This document shows, in pieces, positions 39,551-51,207 of a stretch of DNA of 64,000 nucleotides. Below the pieces are notes generated by a model. The model ran no database searches. It saw only the letters and a list, made by a program, of their open reading frames with translations, and was not told the origin of the DNA. The translations under genes were made by a program, and so were the position numbers. This stretch comes from Podospora anserina (taxonomy: Eukaryota). Location: the NCBI GenBank assembly GCA_017654855.1, contig CM030335.1, forward strand, positions 434,001 to 498,000, given 5' to 3'. Numbering within the stretch: position 1 is the first letter of the stretch; each line of letters begins with the position of its first letter.

Positions 39551-39648
39551 ATCCTCCGGCAGAGGCGCTGTTCCTGCTGGCTTGGGGAGAGTGCCAGTTA
39601 ATTTCCTGGTTCACAAGCGGACGATACGGGTGATGGGTTCTTCCACTG
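39551..39648 (-). repeat. Isolated ~95-bp inverted copy of coding sequence from 59357-59454
   Basis: Translates SGRTHHPYRPLVNQEINWHSPQASRNSASAGG versus SGRTYHPYRPLVNQGINRHSPQASRNRASAGG; ungapped nucleotide match. Confidence 0.9.
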
Positions 39649-39910
39649 ACGGCATCGTATCTAATTTCCTGTGTTCTGGAACCGATTGGAAACAGATGGC
39701 ATGAAGGTTTGTTTGAAGAAATGCTGTTGGAAGCCATAATATTGGATGCAGACAAGAGTGGTGTAACACCACGAACTCAGGCGACTGAGAGAGATGCCCA
39801 GTCCTGCACCGATTGTAGGTCGCGATCATCACAATCAACAGGAAAGTGAGGCTGCCTGCAGATTCTAGGCCTGTACAATCGATGACCAAAGGCCAGTTCG
39901 CCATGCGGCT

Positions 39911-40402
39911 ACGACTTTTAAGAGAAATTCTAGGGGGGCATTACCGTTTTTCAAGGGGGTCCATTACAGTTTTTTCTAGGGGGCATTACCGCCGATATGG
40001 TTAGGGTTATATATAGTCCCTCACTTGCCTTGTAGATTATCAACCACATTATCAACCACATCAACGCTCACACCCTTGTAATTGAGACCTTTGCGGAAGG
40101 CCTGGCAATTCAAGCCCTGGCAATGGAAGCCCTGGCAATTGAAGCGCTCTGTGAGGTATTGTGAAGTTAGAGGCCTGCATCGGCGCGTGGGCATCAGGCA
40201 TCAACACCACGGCAGTACATTAACCCAATACTTCCAAATATAAATATACACTGTAATTTTTATGGTAAAAAATACAGTGTAATATTGGCGATAATGGAAA
40301 TAAACGGGTGTAATGGGAAAGGTGCGTTGTAGAAGAGGGGGTAATTTGCCCCTAGAAAAAGGGCAATGCCCCCCCTACAATTTCTCGCTTTTAAAGTCTC
40401 GT
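39911..40402. mobile_element. MITE-like non-autonomous element with imperfect terminal and subterminal inverted repeats
   Basis: Left acgacttttaagagaaattctaggggggcattacc pairs with right ggcaatgccccccctacaatttctcgcttttaaagtctcgt. A second pair ttttttctagggggcattacc / ggtaatttgcccctagaaaaa. No coding capacity; no clear TSD. Confidence 0.7.
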
Positions 40403-40481
40403 CCTCCCGCCATTACTTACAATCCGACTTTTCCTGGTGCAGGCCCATTCTCAAACTACACCCGATGTGTCCTGGGTTACC

Positions 40482-41168
40482 ATGACTGGCGTTTCAGCTC
40501 TGCTGGGGTCAAACCCCAAAAACTATAGCTTTATTTTAGATGGTCCGGGAGACATAGAAAAGATGACCGGAGTTGTCACCGATCTTGCAACCGACCGAAG
40601 TTTAACCCAGCACTTGAATGCCAAGTTTGGCGCCGCTCTCTGCACCGCTATCATCGATCAGGTCCTCAAATCAAGCCTCGCACGATCCGCAACCCTCCTG
40701 ATCGAGAAAGGAATTTATGTCATCTAAACATGCTCGCCCGTCTTCCAAAAGCTCATCCACGGCATCGCCAAAACTTCGTTAAACAAACCAATTTTCGGTG
40801 CCACAGCGGTCAAACATGTGTCGAGGATCTTCCGGAGCCATGCTATCGCGAATGCTGGCGTGTGGACGGTGATGAGTGGTTGGCGTCTGTTCAAGCATTG
40901 GGGGAGATGGAACACCTGGGAAGAGACGAAGAAAACGATCTTTAAGGACGGCACGGCCCATGGACGCGCTATGTTTGGGTGGATACTCGGATCTGTCGTT
41001 ATGGGTGCATTTGGAATTTCTGCCTTTCCGGCTGCCGTGGGAGCGTTCGTCTTCGCCCTTGGAGGCCGCGAGATTGGTAAGATGCTTAGCGATATGATCA
41101 TTGGGGACAGTTCGAGTGATGGGGATCATGGGGAGAAAGCGGGGGATGGTGGAGAGAAAGGGAGCTAA
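40482..41168 (+). pseudogene. Hypothetical gene with a Gly-rich hydrophobic C-terminus, split by one in-frame TAA
   Basis: ORFs 40437 and 40818 share a frame and are separated only by TAA 40725-40727. Confidence 0.6.
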
Positions 41169-41467
41169 TGATGTTGAACATGGCGAGGATCGGGGAAGGA
41201 GACGCTGACAGTTACTGTGTTCTCCCCGGTCAAGGCAAATGTATTGCCGCTTTTGGAATTGGGTGGGGTGTATAGTTAGGAGCAACACCACTGCCTCTTC
41301 CACCCTACCCCCCTGTCAATTTCAGCTTGGAAACAATGTGTTTGATCTCGAAATGCCCAAATTAACAAGCTTAAGTTCGAATACCTGGTTTGCAAATCAA
41401 GGTAAAGGCCTAGTTAAATCGTCATATAAACCAACGTACTACTTGTCTTAACTACAGTTCCGTTTCA

Positions 41468-43085
41468 TATTTATTATTTTTATTATTATTATTTATTCCT
41501 ACTCCGTTCTACCCTAAAAAGAGTGTGTCGGTCCTGCTGATGCTATTTATATAGGAAAAAACTGTGCCTGGAGCCGGGTAAAAAACCTATATCGGTAACA
41601 AATAGGAAATAATTGTTGAAAAAGCCAGATAGTTGCAAAATAAGGAAAGGTCCCAATAAGGCCTTGAGCACTAGTGGTCCTCGACTTCCGCTCCGGCCGC
41701 CGCTTCTACCTCTTCCTCCCTTATTAATATATCCTCCTACTTAAATTCCAGATTTCTCGCTAAGCTATATTCTAATAAGCGGCCGGAATCCATTAGCTAA
41801 TTTAGAACCTTTCCTAATAACCTTCGGTTCCGAGACCCTATACCTTATAGTACGAGGCTAAGATCTCGATACGTACGGATAGTATTTATTAGTTAGGTTC
41901 TAAGCTTCGGTAGTACTGGGCACTATATAACGAGGTACTTAATTATTTTACGGCCTTCTCTATAAATATAATAGAGAGTAATTAGGTATAGAATTTACTA
42001 TTTAAATAGGAAATCTATTACGAATATAATATAGATATCCGTGAAAAATAATTAATAGGGAAAAAGAGGTACGGTAATTAATTAAAAGAAAGGAGGATAG
42101 ATTAATAAAAGGTAGATTATCCGGGATATAAAAGAATTATAAACGATTTTAAGGAATTATTTATAATCCTTAAAAGTCGGTTATAATCTAAGGAGAAATA
42201 AAATAATTTAGGTTTAATATTAGGTCTATATATACGGAGGAATTAAATAATTTATAAATAATTTTATAATATATAATTTATAATTATATTTATAGTATTT
42301 TATATTTATATTAAAATATTTTATTATATATTATTTAACTATATTAAATTAATTATTAAAGATTATTTTTAACCCGTATCCCTTTTAAAGGTTCTATATA
42401 GGGGTTCGTTATAAAGTCCTATAAACCTATTACTCCGGTATAAGCCTAAATTAATAGAGAGCTTTAAGCTTTAGTTAAATCTTTATATTTTTTTAAAGTT
42501 TTATTTATAAAAAGTATTTTTAGTAGTCCTTCGTCCGCTATCTTAATAGGTCGGCCTTCGACCTATTTTCTTTAACGGTTTTCCTAAACTTAGTATAGTA
42601 CTACCTTTATCGTGGGTACCGGGGTCTCTCTCTAGCTCTCGCTTTAACTTTAGTGCTGGCTGACCCACTAGTTAATAGTGATAATAACTCTCTTAATAAC
42701 TGTGGGTTCCTGTGGGTGGACGGGTCTTCAGCCTGGTCTCCGTCTTTGGAAGCGTCGGTATATCCTATTACACGCTTCTTGGACGAGCTGCCCTGGTGGG
42801 TGCTTTAATGCATCTAGTCCTTGCCCGCTGTGTAAGCATGGGTTCTGTGGCCGGGCTTCAAAGTCTGCCAGTCTCTTGTTGAGGTATAGGTCCAGTGGTG
42901 GCACCCAGGTTTCGGTTTCCAAGTTTCTGATTGGTGTAGCCTTGTATGCTCCGGCCACTATCCTGAGGTTCCTAGTCTGGGCCTTCGCCAGCCTCTTCGC
43001 CAGACCGCGTGGTTGACCTCCAGTTGGAGTGGGTGTGTGGTAGTTGGCAGCTCCATAAGCTATGGCGCTTCTGATGCACTTGGTA
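41468..43085 (-). mobile_element. 5'-truncated Tad1-like LINE retrotransposon, RIP-degraded
   Basis: IRSAIAYGA..LAKAQ..LRIVAGAYKATP...LE.E..VPPLDL is the post-RT region of fungal LINEs. An (AAT)n-like 3' tail lies at ~41468-41497, and the core at 41900-42550 is extremely AT/TpA-rich. Confidence 0.8.
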
Positions 43086-43479
43086 TTAGGATGGCTAATC
43101 TTATACCCGGCAATTCTCTGTGTTAGCTCGTCGATGTTGGGTGGCTCTAGCAAGTCAAATGATGTCGGCTGGGAAGTTACGAAGATTTTTATGATGTCCT
43201 CGCATGAGCCATACTCCGTCAACAAAGGAGGAACTGTCACCTTGATCAACTTTTTTGAAGAACTTCCCTGAAAGGCCACGTCGCCCATGTGTGAAGGAAT
43301 GACTTTATACGTTCCATAGAGTATATCTTTGACCCCCAACATGGGGCTGAACGTCATAGCACTGGTCTAGCACTCAGCTTTCCTTCTCCAAGTAGCGTAG
43401 TCCAAGAAATATGTCATGACCTCTGTGCTGTCTCCTTAAGATATAATTACCTCGTGATCTAATTAAAAGAGTATTATTA

Positions 43480-45423
43480 GGTTGGATGACCAGGAAATGG
43501 CCCACCCACAGAGGTGGCCCACATTGGCTTGAACTTACCAGTGCCATTTTCCACATTAAACCCTCAACAACCCTGGACCTCCGAAAGCCCCCCCAACTTT
43601 ATATTCCACCCCCAGAGGTCAAAAATGGACCATTTCTTTTTCTTCTTTTTGCTCCAGGTACCCATCAATGGCCAAATATACCGAGGAAGATCTCGCAAAT
43701 GCCGAACAAGACATTCTTGCTGGTATAAGCCAGCGCCAAGCGTCCGACAAGCACGGGGTTCCACGTTCTACACTGAGGCACCGCATCTTAGGAACCCAGG
43801 TTTGCAAACAGGCCCATGAAAATCAATAGCGGCTTATTTAGGGCCAGGAAGACCTCATCGTTCAATGGATCCTTCGTTAGGAAAGCCTTGGCTACGCTCC
43901 CACCCACGCCAACGTAAGAGCTCTGGCGGCCAGTATACTGGCTGAACAAGCCGATATTTACTCCATTGGGAAGCACTGGGTAACCCGCTTTATTGGCCGT
44001 CATCCCAGTATCAAAACGAAGGTAGGAAAGAAGATTAATTACGCTAGAGTTAACGAAGCTACCCCGGAGAATATTAATAAATTCTTTAACTTTTATTCTA
44101 CCGTTAACTGGATTAAGCCTAAGAATAGGTATAACTATAATAAAGTAAGAATAATGGAAGGTTAGGGAGAAAACGGCTTGGTTATAGGGTCTTCAATAAA
44201 GGATAAAAAGTCTATATATATTAAACAGAATGGAAAAAGGACCTGGACTATTATACTAGAGTGTATTTCCCAGGATAGGAGAGTCCTCCCCCCCGGGGTA
44301 ATCTTTAAAGGTTAAGACCTTTAAAAGTAATGGTTTAAGGACTAATTCGATAAGGACTGGTATATAGCCGTATTATCGAACGGTTAGACCAGTAACGACC
44401 TAGCCGTTAAATAACTTAAAGAGGTCTTTATCCCAAAGACTTAACCAAAGGACCTATCAGAACTACGTCTTCTTATTTATAATAACTATAGCTCACATAC
44501 CACTAACGACTTTATAATCCGGTACTATAGGAGTAATATTTACCTTCTTTTTCTACCCCCCCACTACTCTTACGTCCTTCAACCCCTTAATATTGGCTAC
44601 TTTTCTAGTGTGAAGAAAGCGTATAAAAGGCTTGTAGCTATAAACGACGCCCTTACCAACTATACGCCTGACGGCAAGGTCGACTTGGGCCGGCTATATA
44701 ACTTTGCCCGCAAGTAGGGCTTTAGGAAAGAGAATATTGCCGGCGGCTGGCGTGGGACAGGATTATGGCCCATACGTAGGCGCAAACCGCTCTCTTCAAG
44801 CCAGGTGGTAGTCCCTGTGGTGCCGTTGGATCTCTCTTCAAAAACACTTACTTTCCATACCGTGGGGGATTCCCAGGTGGCCAAGAAGGTCAAGGACCTA
44901 CTCAAGAACCATACGCCGGCCGGAAAACGGCTTGCGGCAAGGACTCTCACCAGTACTATACTCACACTGAGATCTAAGGTATCCATCCACAAAGCTGATG
45001 CGGCAAGGCACCAATAAAACGCCCACAAAGCCCAGGACGCAAAGAAAAGGCGCAAGTTGAATAGAGAAAATTCGAATTCCAAATTTGTAAGGCTTTGTGA
45101 CCTGGAAGAGGCTCGTATTGAAGGGAGGGTGGTGGAGGAAGAAGTGGTGCCTAAGGAGGATGTGGAGCAGCCGGAGCCAGCCGAGCCTGTGCGGCGTAGC
45201 ACACGTTATCGGGTTCAAACCCGGCGTAAGAGGGAAGCAGACGAAATGTCTGACTCTGACAGTGATTGAGCTACATTTTGGTATAAATTCCATAGAAATT
45301 GACCCAATATTGGTCTTGTTGTGGGGAGTGTAAGCATTCAGGGGTAATCTCATTAAGGTTGTGTGGCTGGTGTGGGGGTGGTGGTCCATATCCGTGGGTG
45401 GGCCATTTCCTGGTCATCCACCC
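43480..45423 (+). mobile_element. Fot1/pogo (Tc1-mariner superfamily) DNA transposon, full length (1944 bp), RIP-inactivated
   Basis: 30-bp TIRs ggttggatgaccaggaaatggcccacccac / gtgggtgggccatttcctggtcatccaccc (1 mismatch) with TA on both sides. Transposase from ATG 43668 (HTH: GISQRQASDKHGVPRSTL; LP..SYVLQPL) with many TAA/TAG stops. Confidence 0.95.
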
Positions 45424-45724
45424 TATACATAAGAACTTTGCCCCGCACGACCGAATAAAGCTTGTTGTAGCGCTTAGAGTTACGTCAGGCCAACTAACTC
45501 GATCTCGAATTCTTCGAGTGGGCCGTAACTTTATAACGTGTCTACAAAGTGTTGTGGAGCCACCTGTCTTCAGGACGAAACAGGATACTCGATTAATGAA
45601 AGAGGCGGGATCCAGAAGGATCTAGACTATTATAACGGGCTATAAATTAATGGAGACCCCCAGACCCCTCCTGTGTCACGCTACAATAGAAAAAAAAGAT
45701 AGAGAGATAGAAACAGAGATCAGC

Positions 45725-48700
45725 TTAGCTGTCTGTCGTGAACGTTATAATTAGGACGCGCCCCGAAGAACAGCCAATAGTAACCGTTGATGCCGCTATA
45801 GCAAAACATTCTGGCAGATATTCCGGAGGCAACCATAGCCAGTTTTCTAAGCCCCTCGTAATCCACCTATTGTCTGAGTTTATTCCATAGCATGGGGGGT
45901 TGGCATCATCTGATCCGGATGCAATCAGCGTCGAGTTAATGGAAGACGCTACCGACTGAACAGAATCGCGATGCCCTTTGAGCGTCTGCGTACATGACCC
46001 CGTAGCCGCCTCCCAGATCTTGATGGTCTTGTCGCGTGATCCTGACGCAACCCACTTCGAATCGGGCGAGAACGCTACCGACATTATCCAATGGCGATGC
46101 CCTTTGAACGTCTGCGTACATGACCCCGTAGCCGCATCCCAGATCTTGATGGTCTTGTCGCGTGATCCTGACGCAATCCACTTCGAATCGGGCGAGAACG
46201 CTACCGACATTACCGAATCGCGATGCCCCGCGAGCGTCTGCGTACATGACCCCGTAGCCGCATCCCAGATCTTAATGGTCTTGTCGCCTGATCCTGACGC
46301 AACCCACTTCGAATCGGGCGAGAACGCTACCGAGTGGACTGAAAGGCCATGGCCCGCGATCGTCTGCGTACATAACCCCGTAGCCGCCTCCCAGATCTTG
46401 ATGGTCTTGTCGTATGATCCTGACGCAACCCACTTCGAATCGGGCGAGAACACTACCGACATTACCGAATAGCGATGCCCCTCGAGCGTCTGCGTACATA
46501 ACCCCGTAGCCGCATCCCAGATCTTAATGGTATCGTCGCCTGATCCTGACGCAACCCACTTCGAATCGGGCGAGAACGCTACCGAGTTGACTGAACCGCT
46601 ATGGCCCTCGAGCGTCTGCGTATATGACCCCGTGGCCGCATCCCAGATCTTGATGGTACTGTCGCTTGATCCTGACGCAACCCACTTCGAATCGGGCGAG
46701 AACGCTACCGAGTTGACTGAACCGCCATGGCCCTCGAGCGTCTGCGTACATGACCCCGTAGCCGCATCCCAGATCTTAATGGTCTTGTCGTATGATCCTG
46801 ACGCAACCCACTTCGAATCGGGCGAGAACGCTACCGAGTTGACTGAACCGCCATGGCCCTCGAGCGTCTGCGTACATGACCCCGTAGCCGCATCCCAGAT
46901 CTTAATGGTCTTGTCGTATGATCCTGACGCAACCCACTTCGAATCGGGCGAGAACACTACCGACATTACCGAATAGCGATGCCCCTCGAGCGTCTGCGTA
47001 CATAACCCCGTAGCCGCATCCCAGATCTTAATGGTATCGTCGCCTGATCCTGACGCAACCCACTTCGAATCGGGCGAGAACGCTACCGAGTTGACTGAAC
47101 CGCTATGGCCCTCGAGCGTCTGCGTATATGACCCCGTGGCCGCATCCCAGATCTTGATGGTACTGTCGCTTGATCCTGACGCAACCCACTTCGAATCGGG
47201 CGAGAACGCTACCGAGTTGACTGAACCGCCATGGCCCTCGAGCGTCTGCGTATATGACCCCGTGGCCGCATCCCAGATCTTGATGGTACTGTCATCTGAT
47301 CCTGACGCAACCCACTTCGAATCGGGCGAGAACGCTACCGACTTTACCCAATTGCGATGCCCCGCGAGCGTCTGCGTACATGACCCCGTAGCCGCATCCC
47401 AGATCTTAATGGTCTTGTCGCGTGATCCTGACGCAACCCACTTCGAATCGGGCGAGAACGCTACCGAGTCGACGGGATGGCGATGCCCCTCGAGCGTCTG
47501 CCGGCACGCATTCCAATTATTCTCTACAATTGGCCCCAAAGCAATCCACTTCCGTTCTTTCTCCCTAAATAGGCCTCTTGTTATACTTCGGGCGGGGCTA
47601 AACACAAGTGCCGAAGCGTATACCTGAAGAGGATAATTCTCAATAACCCATCTCCAGTATAACACAAATCGACGCATATCAGCGACAAGGCTTGGTAATT
47701 GAGATATAATCGACCTATGCTAATCTCCTATTAGAACCACTTAATAACATAATACTATCACTGGGTAGAGCCTACCTGAAGAATCCTTTCGAGGTTTGCC
47801 ATTGAAAGTACCCCCTGCGGCATGCTCTTACAAAGTGAAAGCGCTTCAAGCCAGTGGAGGTAATGCTGTCTCAGAAAGCCATCGACGATACCACCATCTT
47901 GGAAAACATCTGGATGCTTACTATCGTCACTCGCCTGCCAGTTACAGAGATGATCAACCCAGTAGATACAAGCATAGCATGGTGCGGCCAACGGGTCTGG
48001 ATCGGGTAGCTTGGCGTCGTCGATGGAGGATCCCGGGGCGCCAAGGCTGTAGATGTCGCGTCGTAATGTTCCGGACATAACGTGTAACGATCGCAAGAAG
48101 ACGGCATGGTGTATGTCTTTTATCCCGAAAGGAAAAACCTCATGAGCTGCTTCTCTCAGCAAGAAATCCTTTGCGGATTGGTGGACGAAATAGATAGTGG
48201 TTTCTCGAAGGGTCAAAAAAGAGCCGCAGAGTCCTACTATCTCTGTTATGAATTCCAGTTCGTCGGAAATGCCCTCGGGTATATCCACGAAGACCGCTAG
48301 CTCTTGTATCGTGATAGGCCGGTAAGTAATGGAGAGGACGGCCAGAACTTGTTTGCAGAAATCTGGCTCATTCGAGCGGCGAACCTGATCTATCATTTGT
48401 TGGTAGAGAGAATCAAGACCAGGTGGAAACGTGTTTAGCTTGGTGAGTACCCTTGATCGTGAGACATTCATAAGTTCTTGACAGACCAAAGCCACCCAGA
48501 GGAATGTATCGTTTGCGTTGCGGGTTAAGTGGTGTTGAACAGCGTTCTTTGTTCTGTCGTCGTACCTTTTTAGCCGTGCTAGTTCATCCATCTTATGCTG
48601 AATATATATGCTGACAGCGGAGGAGATAGACTCTTCGTTCAACTCAAGACTGAGCCTTATCTTCTTTTCCGCGGCTTCTAGGCTCTCCTCGATGTTCGGC

Positions 48701-50019
48701 CAGTTGCGACTAGAGACGACCCACTTGACACAAGGAAACGTAGATGACATCCCGACGATAAATTTAAGAAGTCTTGGTAAGTCACCCATGCATTCGTCCA
48801 GAGCGTCGATGACCAGGTAGGTTGGCTTCAAGTTCGGGTCTCCTAGCATCCCCCCCAAAATATCCGAGAAGACGAACCACGCATTTGCGTCAGAGAGCGA
48901 TTTAGCTTTGTCCGTGTATTTGCGTATGTGGGAGATGAGACGTGGCTGCTGGTGGGCAAGAAGGTAGATTAAGCCGCGTAACACGGCAATGGCGTTATTG
49001 ATGCGCGAGTCGGTAGCTTGGCAGAAGAAATAGGCCAAATTGCGACAGTGCCCGTCTGCAATAATAATACCCTCCAGCTCGTTAATGATGCCGCAGAGCA
49101 ACATGGTCTTGCCCTTGCCGGGATCTCCTTTAATCCAGAGAAGGCGGCTCTCTGACCGGTCATGCCAACCGCGGAAGTCGGGTGTATCGAAAACCCAGCG
49201 GTAAGCGTCATCAAGCAACCCACCCTTTGTCTCCTCGATGCGCTTCTTGTCAAGGCGCGGGTCGGTAGAATGCAGACTGGACAGACAGCGATCATACTTA
49301 CTAATTTCCTCTCGCAGCCGCTCAAATGCTCGTTCTTCTCCTTCGCCGTATAGAAGCCGCATTTGTACGTTAAAGATGCCGAACAAACAGTAAGCCCTGT
49401 CTTCTTCGCGCGTCGTGCTGCGGTGTTTAATCCACGACATGCGTACGTCAAAGCTGAAATCGGACAATTTGTTGGCTTGGAGAGCTCCTAGAGGAATGCC
49501 AGTTATGTTGTGAATATGCTGTGCGAGAGACTTCTTATCTCCTAGGCGCTTGCGGTCTTCGGAGAAGAATTCAACAATTGTTGGCGCAATAAGCTCTTGG
49601 AGGGTCCACCCACGAGTGAACCATCTGGATTTCTGAAAAGCCAATTCCCAACCGGGATTGCTATTGGCGTCCTGTTGGTAGGTTGAGACGTCTGTGAGAT
49701 AGACATAGCATTTGGCCGCATTGCGGTACCATCGGAACATAGAGTTGAGAGCCTCCTGAAACTCATCGCAGTCGGACTTGTTGATGCAGCATGTGTCGAT
49801 CCAGAAGAATTTCAGTCCATCACGCCCGGCTTGGTCTCCGCAAAACTGGATCTTAGAGTAGCCTCTTTTGTTCTTGCGCGTACTGTCCGTTACATCCTCA
49901 AAGCTGACCTCTTCGTCGCCCCATGTGTGCGAAAGTATCGCATACGGTGGGACCTGGTTGTCGGGAATGTCGCCCGTCAAACTGACATCGCCGGTATCAT
50001 TGCGCTCCAGGAGGCGCAT
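45725..50019 (-). CDS. hnwd1: HET-NACHT-WD40 NLR-like protein (HNWD family), ~1412 aa; exons 50019-47776 and 47719-45725
   Basis: HET domain (YAILSHTWG, WIDTCCI, SRWFTRGWTLQEL), NACHT P-loop GDPGKGKT and Walker B VIDALDE, a 56-nt intron, and 12 full plus 1 degenerate WD40 repeats. The repeat order GHRHPVD/GHRNWVK/GHGGSVN/GHSGSVN/GHRYSVM matches my recollection of Podospora HNWD1 rather than HET-D, HET-E or HET-R. Confidence 0.9.
45920..47503 (-). repeat. Tandem array of 126-bp highly similar WD40-coding units
   Basis: gatcctgacgcaacccacttcgaatcgggcgagaac recurs at 126-bp spacing. Confidence 0.97.
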
Positions 50020-51207
50020 TGTCGAAAACCGCCGAGCTCAGCTCTCGTAGCATGGAGAATGGGTCATGCAAGGTTTTGCGAGGCTTCTTTGGCTGCCTCA
50101 CGTGTTTAGCGGTAGAAACACGAATATGCCTTAGGCCTTTGCAGTCAAAAAGGAATCTGTTGTCTGCCCGTATGACTATTCGACAGCGGGAAAAGCCGAG
50201 CAGGTGCGCGGGAGACGGACGGAATCAGTAGGCTTAACAAATCAGTAACTGAAACCAGGATAAGCTCTCAGACATAGATAAGAATTACCTGCCCCGAGTA
50301 ATTGTGAGAAGCGTTGTATAAAACCTAGTAGGTTCGATTGTTGCTGTTTCCAAAGGTCGACAACCCCGCACATCGGGCATTTTGCTGACGTTGGCGCCCA
50401 AGCGGTTGGCGTTAACTGCGCATACTGGAAGCATCGTGATTGGCGTTGCTTTGTTGGCGTGCATGAAGATGTCCCTTTGGAGGCCGTCGTTTTGCCCCAT
50501 CGTTTCGTTCTCTTACACCTCAGCTTCTCAGCCCCCTACCGCCGGTATCCCAAAAGCTGTCTAGATCTTACAGGACTATAGTATATCACCCCGACATCAA
50601 AGATCCCAATATCCGAGATTTGTGGCTAGGCCAGAGAAAGCAAACGACTATATACCTGAGGTGAGGGCCTGGGCTGTGCCGCAGTGATGAGCCAAGTCCA
50701 GCACAAACGTGCACGGACATCCAAACGTGATCCAGTCTCTCGGCTGAATCCTCACCAAAACGCATTCCTTGCGATAGCACACATATGATCTTGATTTCGA
50801 CTTCGAAGATCGGAGTGGTAAATATCCAGATATACAAAAAGTTATGCTTCATCATCATTCCGCCTGAGAGCCTGAAAATACACGCTCGATGTACCGAAGT
50901 ACATATATTTGCTACAGCCCGTTTTATTTTCGATTTTTATTTTCTGTCGGCGCTTACATGCTTCAGGTTCATTAGAGGATTGAGGGTGTGAATGTAGAAG
51001 ATCGGGAGAGAAATCTGCATCAGATTTCCCTGGAAATGACAGTCTGGGTGTGCTTTCTTCGGGGATAAATAGGTACGCAAAGATGTGCCTGGCAAAGTGG
51101 CTTACGGCGACAGGGAGAAGGCACGATGGAAATTATTGATATTGTAGAGTCACTTATGTAGTAGTCAGTATGTCTCGGTACATATCTTAGGTAGTAACCA
51201 CTCTCCC

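Noticed and set aside
41900-42550. AT-rich block as a centromere, NUMT or foreign DNA
   Set aside because: Short, TpA-enriched and continuous with LINE coding remnants, so RIP explains it.
45920-47503. Regularly spaced repeats resembling a CRISPR array
   Set aside because: 126-bp in-frame coding units of WD40 repeats in a eukaryotic gene; no unique spacers.
45725-50019. Calling the gene het-d, het-e or het-r
   Set aside because: The SPDSKWVA repeat type argues against het-e and het-r, and the repeat order fits recalled HNWD1 better than HET-D. Needs BLAST confirmation.
15935-50019. Starship/Enterprise-type giant element or Spok block
   Set aside because: No tyrosine-recombinase captain or Spok-like ORF recognised and no boundaries seen in the window.
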